Shown here: positions 58,649 to 64,000 of the stretch, in pieces | How positions within the stretch are numbered: the stretch's first letter is position 1 | Layout: each line of letters opens with the position of its first letter | The notes under the pieces: model-generated | Seen by the model: the letters and a program-made list of their open reading frames with translations, nothing else | The model's database searches: none | What the model was told of the DNA's origin: nothing | Assembly (NCBI GenBank): GCA_963702205.1 | Contig: OY969724.1 | Location: forward strand, 1,728,001-1,792,000 | Length of the DNA stretch: 64,000 nucleotides | Direction of reading: 5' to 3' | Source: an uncultured candidate division Zixibacteria bacterium | GTDB lineage: Bacteria; Zixibacteria; MSB-5A5; GN15; PGXB01 | Position numbers and translations under genes: made by a program

Positions 58649-59656
58649 ATGAGAATATTTTCTATAATTCCGACGATCGTATTGATCTCAATCGCATTCT
58701 TTGTCGCCTGCGATCATAACGATCATTCCGAAGAGACAATCCCCGAAGCGATTTGCACGAAAGACCCTCCGGAAAGATCCGATTCGCATACTCCGGAAAG
58801 CATGGTTGGCGATTGGAGCAACCCGGTCCGGATCGGCGAACCGATTAATACGTATTGCCCGGCCGACGCCATCGAAATTTCCGCCGATGGCCAGTATTTG
58901 TATTATATGTTCTCGTCGGACCTTCTCGAAAATATGACCCCGGCACAGATTCTGGCCAAATCGAACAATACCTATCGCGCCAAACGTATCAGCGGTCCGG
59001 GTGAGTTCGACAAGCCGGTCTATTACGATTTGGGCAAAGGAACCGATGGCTCTCTCGACGGTGAGTTGAGTTTCACGTCCGACGGTTCAAAAGTCTACTT
59101 TCATTCCAACCGGGCGGCCAATACCGGGTATCAGGCCAATCCTACGGTAATAGATATTTTGGACATCTATATTGCCGATATCGTGAACGGTGAACCACAG
59201 GCCGGTATCAATCTGGGGCCGCCGGTCAATTCCATCTATGCCGACGGTGAACATGCGCTATATCCAGATGACCATACCTTGTATTTTGCGTCGCGACGCT
59301 ACGATGACGCCAACAACCCCGATATATGGAAATCGACATTTGACGGGACCTCCTGGACCGATCCGGTCAAGCTCGGTTCCAATATCAATACGACTTTCGC
59401 CGAGCTGCAGCCGGCGTTTACCCCCGACGGCGACACCATGTATTTTACGTCGGATCGAAATCCGCTGATCGGCGCGGCTATTTACCGCAGCGCACGAAAC
59501 GGCGATGACTGGGGCGTGCCGCAACTTGTCATTACAGGCGTGGTCGGCGAGGCGTCGCTTACCGCCGACGGCCAGCTGATGTATTTCGTGCACGTCCTGA
59601 GCGACGCCAACGGCACTTTCGATTCCGATGTCTGGTATGTCGAAAGAACAAGATGA
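58649..59656 (+). CDS. Lipoprotein with PD40/TolB-like beta-propeller repeats
   Basis: FFVAC lipobox; NLGPPVNS, DGSKVYFHSNR, PAFTPDGDTMYFTSDR. Confidence 0.85.
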   Translation: MRIFSIIPTIVLISIAFFVACDHNDHSEETIPEAICTKDPPERSDSHTPESMVGDWSNPVRIGEPINTYCPADAIEISADGQYLYYMFSSDLLENMTPAQILAKSNNTYRAKRISGPGEFDKPVYYDLGKGTDGSLDGELSFTSDGSKVYFHSNRAANTGYQANPTVIDILDIYIADIVNGEPQAGINLGPPVNSIYADGEHALYPDDHTLYFASRRYDDANNPDIWKSTFDGTSWTDPVKLGSNINTTFAELQPAFTPDGDTMYFTSDRNPLIGAAIYRSARNGDDWGVPQLVITGVVGEASLTADGQLMYFVHVLSDANGTFDSDVWYVERTR

Positions 59657-59659
59657 CGT

Positions 59660-60757
59660 ATGAAGAAATTACTCGTTCCAGTCCTGATATTCTTGTGCTT
59701 TGCCGGGCTGTACTATTCGATAGCACTATTGTCCCGCGATCGTGCCCTTTTCAAGCCGGTCTGGGACATCCAGCATTATGTCAACATTTCCGAAACCGGT
59801 TACGAGGTGCATCCCTGCACGCCCCGCGATTACCCGCCCGGCAAGATGTGCGGCAACGTCGGCTGGTATCCCGGCTGGCCGCTGGTTATGAAAGTCCTTC
59901 GCCCGATTTTGGGGGGATCGTCGCAGGCGACATATATTATTTTGTCAGCACTTTTGACGCTGGCCGGCTTTATACTTCTGTACCGCTTTGTCGATAACTT
60001 GTCGGGCAAAATGGCCGCGTTTTTCTCGGTCGCGGCACTGGCCGGTTCACCGGCCGGATTTTATTTGTTGACCGGGTTTCCGTACGCCCTGTTTCTTTTC
60101 CTGTTCGCGATATATTTGCATGCCTTCTATTCCAAATCTATTCGCTTACGCAACGTAATTCTGATAGCTTTGGCGATGGGGATGAGCCTTACCTATCCGA
60201 CCGGCCTGCTGTTTGCCGCAATTCCATTTGTACATGAACTCGCACGGCAATGGAAATCCGGCAGCTTCAAATTTGATCTCAAGCGGGACGGAAAGACAAT
60301 TTTCGTTTACGTGGTGCCGTTTTTTCTTGGGCTTTTAATCCTGTGGACCTATTTCTATTTCAAATTCGATAATTTTTTCGTGCAGCTTGAATTTCAAGCC
60401 CGGTATCATCGGACGTGGTCGTTTCCGCTGACCATTATCTATCGCAGCCTGGCCGGTTATCCCATCACGTCGCCAGAAAATCTCGTTTTGATCTGGTATG
60501 GTCTGGCGCTGCTTTTATTTATTCCGTATAAAATCAAACCTGAGCTTTGGATTTTGGGGGTTATATTATTCCTGTTTTCACCGGCTACGGGCACAACGAT
60601 GTCGATCTACCGCCATTATCTGGCGGCTTTTCCTATGTATATTATAATCGGGACATCGCCCCGCCCCAAATGGTTGAAAGGCGTTTTTATAGCCGTCGGG
60701 CTGGCGTTTTCGCTGGTTTGGCTTCTGCCTACTTTTCTTGATTTTAAACTAATATAA
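59660..60757 (+). CDS. GT-C fold membrane glycosyltransferase (mannosyltransferase-like)
   Basis: WDIQHYVNISETGY, WYPGWP, multiple TMs, SIYRH. Confidence 0.7.
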   Translation: MKKLLVPVLIFLCFAGLYYSIALLSRDRALFKPVWDIQHYVNISETGYEVHPCTPRDYPPGKMCGNVGWYPGWPLVMKVLRPILGGSSQATYIILSALLTLAGFILLYRFVDNLSGKMAAFFSVAALAGSPAGFYLLTGFPYALFLFLFAIYLHAFYSKSIRLRNVILIALAMGMSLTYPTGLLFAAIPFVHELARQWKSGSFKFDLKRDGKTIFVYVVPFFLGLLILWTYFYFKFDNFFVQLEFQARYHRTWSFPLTIIYRSLAGYPITSPENLVLIWYGLALLLFIPYKIKPELWILGVILFLFSPATGTTMSIYRHYLAAFPMYIIIGTSPRPKWLKGVFIAVGLAFSLVWLLPTFLDFKLI

Positions 60758-60873
60758 ACCTCCTCCGTTTATCAGTAAGGATGTATAAACTAATATTTGA
60801 ACACGGGTTGCCATTAAGTCATCGATATTGTATTTTGGCATCCTGTAATACATATAAAAAGGATTTTGACGAT

Positions 60874-63210
60874 ATGAAAAAAGCGATCTTGTTCTTTCTG
60901 TTGCCAATATTTATTTTTTTAAGCCTTACCGCTCAGGCCGAGAAGAAAACACTGCATTTCGCGTATTTCGAGGCCGGGGACTATTATCTGAACAAGGCCT
61001 TTTCCCGCGAATTCAAAGACCAACTGAATCTAATTAAGCCGGACAGCATTGAAATCGTTTTCGAACCCTACGGCTATACCACTGCCGAATGGGACCGCCA
61101 GCGCTGCAAAGTTATGGCCCGTGACCTGACCCGCATGAAAAAAATCGACATGGTTCTCGCGGTCGGGCCCTGGGTGGTCGAGGATCTTATCGCCGCCGGG
61201 TTCGACAAGCCCATAATCGCCCTTAATCAATATGCCGTCTGGGAGCGGGGACTGGTCGACCGTTCCGGGCGACCGGTCGCCGACAATCTGACCATCAACG
61301 TGCAGCCCCTCCAGATCGACAATGACCTGAAACTTCTGGGGAAGCTGTTTTCCCCCAAAAAGATTGGACTGTTTTATTTTCCGTCGGGGGATGAGTACGA
61401 AAAAGTCAAAAGCCGGGCGGAGCAGGTCGCCGCGCAATTCGGGGCGAAAATTGTCGCGCCTTTCGATACGGCCGCCAACGGCAATTTCAGTCATTTCGGG
61501 GCGTATTCGAGAGTAGTCCATGAGATCGATGCTTTGTATCTGCCTCCGATGTACAGCATGCAGCTCGACCAGATGAACCAGTTCGTGGAAAACTGCCGTT
61601 ACGACCGCGTTCCGACCCTTACTTCCGAGGGGCTTTTGATTGTCGAAAAGGGGATCACCGCTTCCCGTCAGCAGCGTTCTTATGTGCAACTGGCGCGTTT
61701 CGCGGCATACAAGACGCTTCGAATTATCGACGGAGCCATCCCCGCCGATTTGCCGACAATCTATCAGCCACCGGAGCAGCTCTGCCTTAATGAGGAGACC
61801 TTGAACCGGCTGAATCTAGATTTGCCTCGTAAGTTCACGAAAAATGCCTATATCGTCGCCGCTCCGCCGTCGGATACGCTGACCGTTTATTCACTCTCGC
61901 AGGCAATCGATCAGGTCCTGCAGAATAATTTCGGCCATCAGGCGCTGTTAAGGCAATTCGACCAGGCCGCCGCGTCTGCAAAGCAGGCTTACAGTCAGTA
62001 CATGCCGGATTTGGAGATAAATGCCGGTCTGGCTGCTGCCGATGAAAAACATCCGGCCGCGCTTTACAACCCGATTTTGAACCGGAAATCTTACGCCGGG
62101 GTGAATTTCGACCAGCCGCTGTTTTCGTACTCGGCCTTGAAGTCGATAGCCGCCGCGAAGAAGAATGTCGAACTGGCCGGCCTTAATGCCGAAAAGGAAA
62201 AGCTGAATCTTAAGCAAGCGGTAGTGTCGGCCTATCTGGCCGTTTTGGCCAGTGAAGATAAGTACAAGCAGCTCGACGAAATGACGAATATCGTTCGGAG
62301 ATATCGCGATAACGCCGGTCTCGATAATTTTGTGTCGAAGAAAGACACCACCGACGTCGAGTTTTTCGATGCCTATTTTATCGACCTTAAATTGCAGTCC
62401 CGCCGGGCCCGGGCCGATCGCGACGTCGCAAGGATATTGTTGAGTCATCTGTTGAACCGACCGGATCAGACAAATATGATTCTGGACCGGAAAGAATTCG
62501 ACACCGACGTGATGGTGCAGATTGCCTATAAGTACGACAGCTATATCGCTGATACTCGAATGCGCCGGGCTTTAGGCAATTATTTTGTCGATGCCGCCGT
62601 CAATAATTCTATCGGTATCAAGCAATACGCTCTTCGGATAGATTCCAACAAGGACCTTCTCGCCGCCAACAAAGGCTGGTATTGGCCGGATATTTCGCTC
62701 CGGGCCGGGTTATCGGTCGGAGAGCAGTTCTATTATGACCCCGAAGACCCCCATACGATTGCATCGGTGGGGGGACTGCTGAGCTGGCCGTTGCAGCTTT
62801 GGGGAAGGAATCGCGGTGAAGGCCGCATCCTGCACTATGGGCTGGAATCGCTTCAGTATGCCAAAGACAGCCTGCGCCTGGCCAAAGCTACCGATGTCAC
62901 CACAAAATTGCAGGCCTTTCTTGCTTATCTGGATATTCTGCCGTCGGTGTATGATTATCGCCGGACATTAAAGACCGGCCTCGATGATTATTATATGCAC
63001 TATTCGGAGGGGAAAATATCGGCCTTCGATATGACCCAGGTTCTCGATAAGTACATTCCTTCCGAAGTCGGGACGGTGGAGAGCATGTATGACTTTTATC
63101 AGGCTTATAACGATCTTCTGGGCGCCGCCGGAACCGGGTATCTTATCCACGGTTCCGACAGTGAAAAGGAGTTCTATCTCGGCCTCGAAAAATCTCTCGG
63201 ACTGAGATAA
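60874..63210 (+). CDS. Periplasmic substrate-binding domain fused to a TolC-like outer-membrane efflux domain
   Basis: Signal MKKAILFFLL; IDALY..P...LRIIDGAIPADLP...LCLN; SLSQAIDQVLQNN, YMPDL, DQPLFS, YWPDISL. Confidence 0.78.
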   Translation: MKKAILFFLLPIFIFLSLTAQAEKKTLHFAYFEAGDYYLNKAFSREFKDQLNLIKPDSIEIVFEPYGYTTAEWDRQRCKVMARDLTRMKKIDMVLAVGPWVVEDLIAAGFDKPIIALNQYAVWERGLVDRSGRPVADNLTINVQPLQIDNDLKLLGKLFSPKKIGLFYFPSGDEYEKVKSRAEQVAAQFGAKIVAPFDTAANGNFSHFGAYSRVVHEIDALYLPPMYSMQLDQMNQFVENCRYDRVPTLTSEGLLIVEKGITASRQQRSYVQLARFAAYKTLRIIDGAIPADLPTIYQPPEQLCLNEETLNRLNLDLPRKFTKNAYIVAAPPSDTLTVYSLSQAIDQVLQNNFGHQALLRQFDQAAASAKQAYSQYMPDLEINAGLAAADEKHPAALYNPILNRKSYAGVNFDQPLFSYSALKSIAAAKKNVELAGLNAEKEKLNLKQAVVSAYLAVLASEDKYKQLDEMTNIVRRYRDNAGLDNFVSKKDTTDVEFFDAYFIDLKLQSRRARADRDVARILLSHLLNRPDQTNMILDRKEFDTDVMVQIAYKYDSYIADTRMRRALGNYFVDAAVNNSIGIKQYALRIDSNKDLLAANKGWYWPDISLRAGLSVGEQFYYDPEDPHTIASVGGLLSWPLQLWGRNRGEGRILHYGLESLQYAKDSLRLAKATDVTTKLQAFLAYLDILPSVYDYRRTLKTGLDDYYMHYSEGKISAFDMTQVLDKYIPSEVGTVESMYDFYQAYNDLLGAAGTGYLIHGSDSEKEFYLGLEKSLGLR

Positions 63211-63213
63211 ATT

Positions 63214-64000
63214 CTATTGCCAGTGCGTCTTGACGTTTATGAACAGCGTCTTGCTGTCGCGCCAGACGAAAAAGACAACCTCTTTCGGTTTTTCCTCGGC
63301 GATTTTTTCCAGTTGCGCCCTGGCTTCTTCGACGTTGCCGACTTTCTGTGAGCCGATCGATTGAATGATGTCGTTCGGCTGCATCCCGCCGACTTCGGCC
63401 CAACTGCCCGACTCGACTTCCTTGACGACTACGCCTTTAAACGTCTGCCGGTCGAGATTATAAATATTGTAATCGGCGAAAACCATGTCCCGGATTTTGA
63501 TATTGAAATTGTCGTCGCCGTATTCCGGTGCCTCGGAGGGCGTCAGGGGCGAACTGGCCAGCGTCGTTTTGACATCCAGCGTGTCGACCTTGCCGTCCTC
63601 GCGTCTCAGGATGGTGAAGTCGACCTTAGTTCCGGCGCCGGACTCGGAAATTTTGCGCTGGAAAAGAGCCAGATTTTCCTCGCGGTCCACCATAATGTCT
63701 TCGCCGATAAGCTTGACAATGATATCGCCGGTCGTAAGGCCCGCTGAATCGGCCGGTGAGTCTTTGACGACCTCGTTTATAATTATCCCACCCGATAGCT
63801 TGAGTCCCCAAAATTCAGCAATGTCCGGCGTAAGAGCCTGCAGGTATATTCCGAGCCAGCCCCGATCGACTTTACCTTTGGTCGGAGGATCGGCAATGAG
63901 CTTGTTAAGTTTGTCGGTGCCGATCAGTCCCAAAAGCGGCATGAAGTCTTCGACTCTCGAAAAGGATTCCATCATCTGGGCCGGGCTCAGTCCGGCGTTG
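63214..64000 (-). CDS. HtrA/DegP-like PDZ-domain protein, C-terminal part (runs off window end)
   Basis: RGWLGIYLQ, SPADSAGL..GDII, GMQPNDII: two PDZ domains; frame open to the window edge. Confidence 0.85.
   Translation of the reverse strand, partial: NAGLSPAQMMESFSRVEDFMPLLGLIGTDKLNKLIADPPTKGKVDRGWLGIYLQALTPDIAEFWGLKLSGGIIINEVVKDSPADSAGLTTGDIIVKLIGEDIMVDREENLALFQRKISESGAGTKVDFTILRREDGKVDTLDVKTTLASSPLTPSEAPEYGDDNFNIKIRDMVFADYNIYNLDRQTFKGVVVKEVESGSWAEVGGMQPNDIIQSIGSQKVGNVEEARAQLEKIAEEKPKEVVFFVWRDSKTLFINVKTHWQ

Overview
Bacterial window. Tandem EF-hand-like dockerin tails (GD..D.SG..NLLDIL.LI..Y..GP.P.C), a C25 gingipain-like protease and an FlgD/T9SS-type C-terminal domain suggest an FCB-group lineage such as Zixibacteria (inference). 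The centrepiece is a ~24.4 kb type VI secretion locus (22.7-47.1 kb). It starts with a PAAR/effector/immunity/adaptor block, followed by a split tssH/clpV, Bacteroidota-type (T6SSiii-like) tssB, tssC and hcp, then vgrG, tssE, tssF, tssG and tssK. I recognise neither proteobacterial TssJLM nor Bacteroidota TssNOPQR. Instead, tssK is followed by a tail-anchored membrane protein, a TRAFAC-type GTPase-TM-periplasmic protein and a VirB10/TrbI-like exported protein, a candidate new membrane complex. tssC and tssK each carry a 1-nt frameshift. A convergent operon encodes a Ser/Thr kinase, two CsgG/HfaB-TPR proteins, a beta-barrel and an LRR/cohesin-like lipoprotein. Other content: an AT-rich 3.3-6.1 kb island where a REP-associated tyrosine transposase and three REP-like hairpin families separate toxin/immunity fragments; dockerin-tagged secreted proteases; a candidate sRNA near 10.1 kb; and housekeeping genes (lgt, trkAH, radical SAM, SDR, FAH, SPFH). 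All family calls come from reading motifs by eye; no database search was run.
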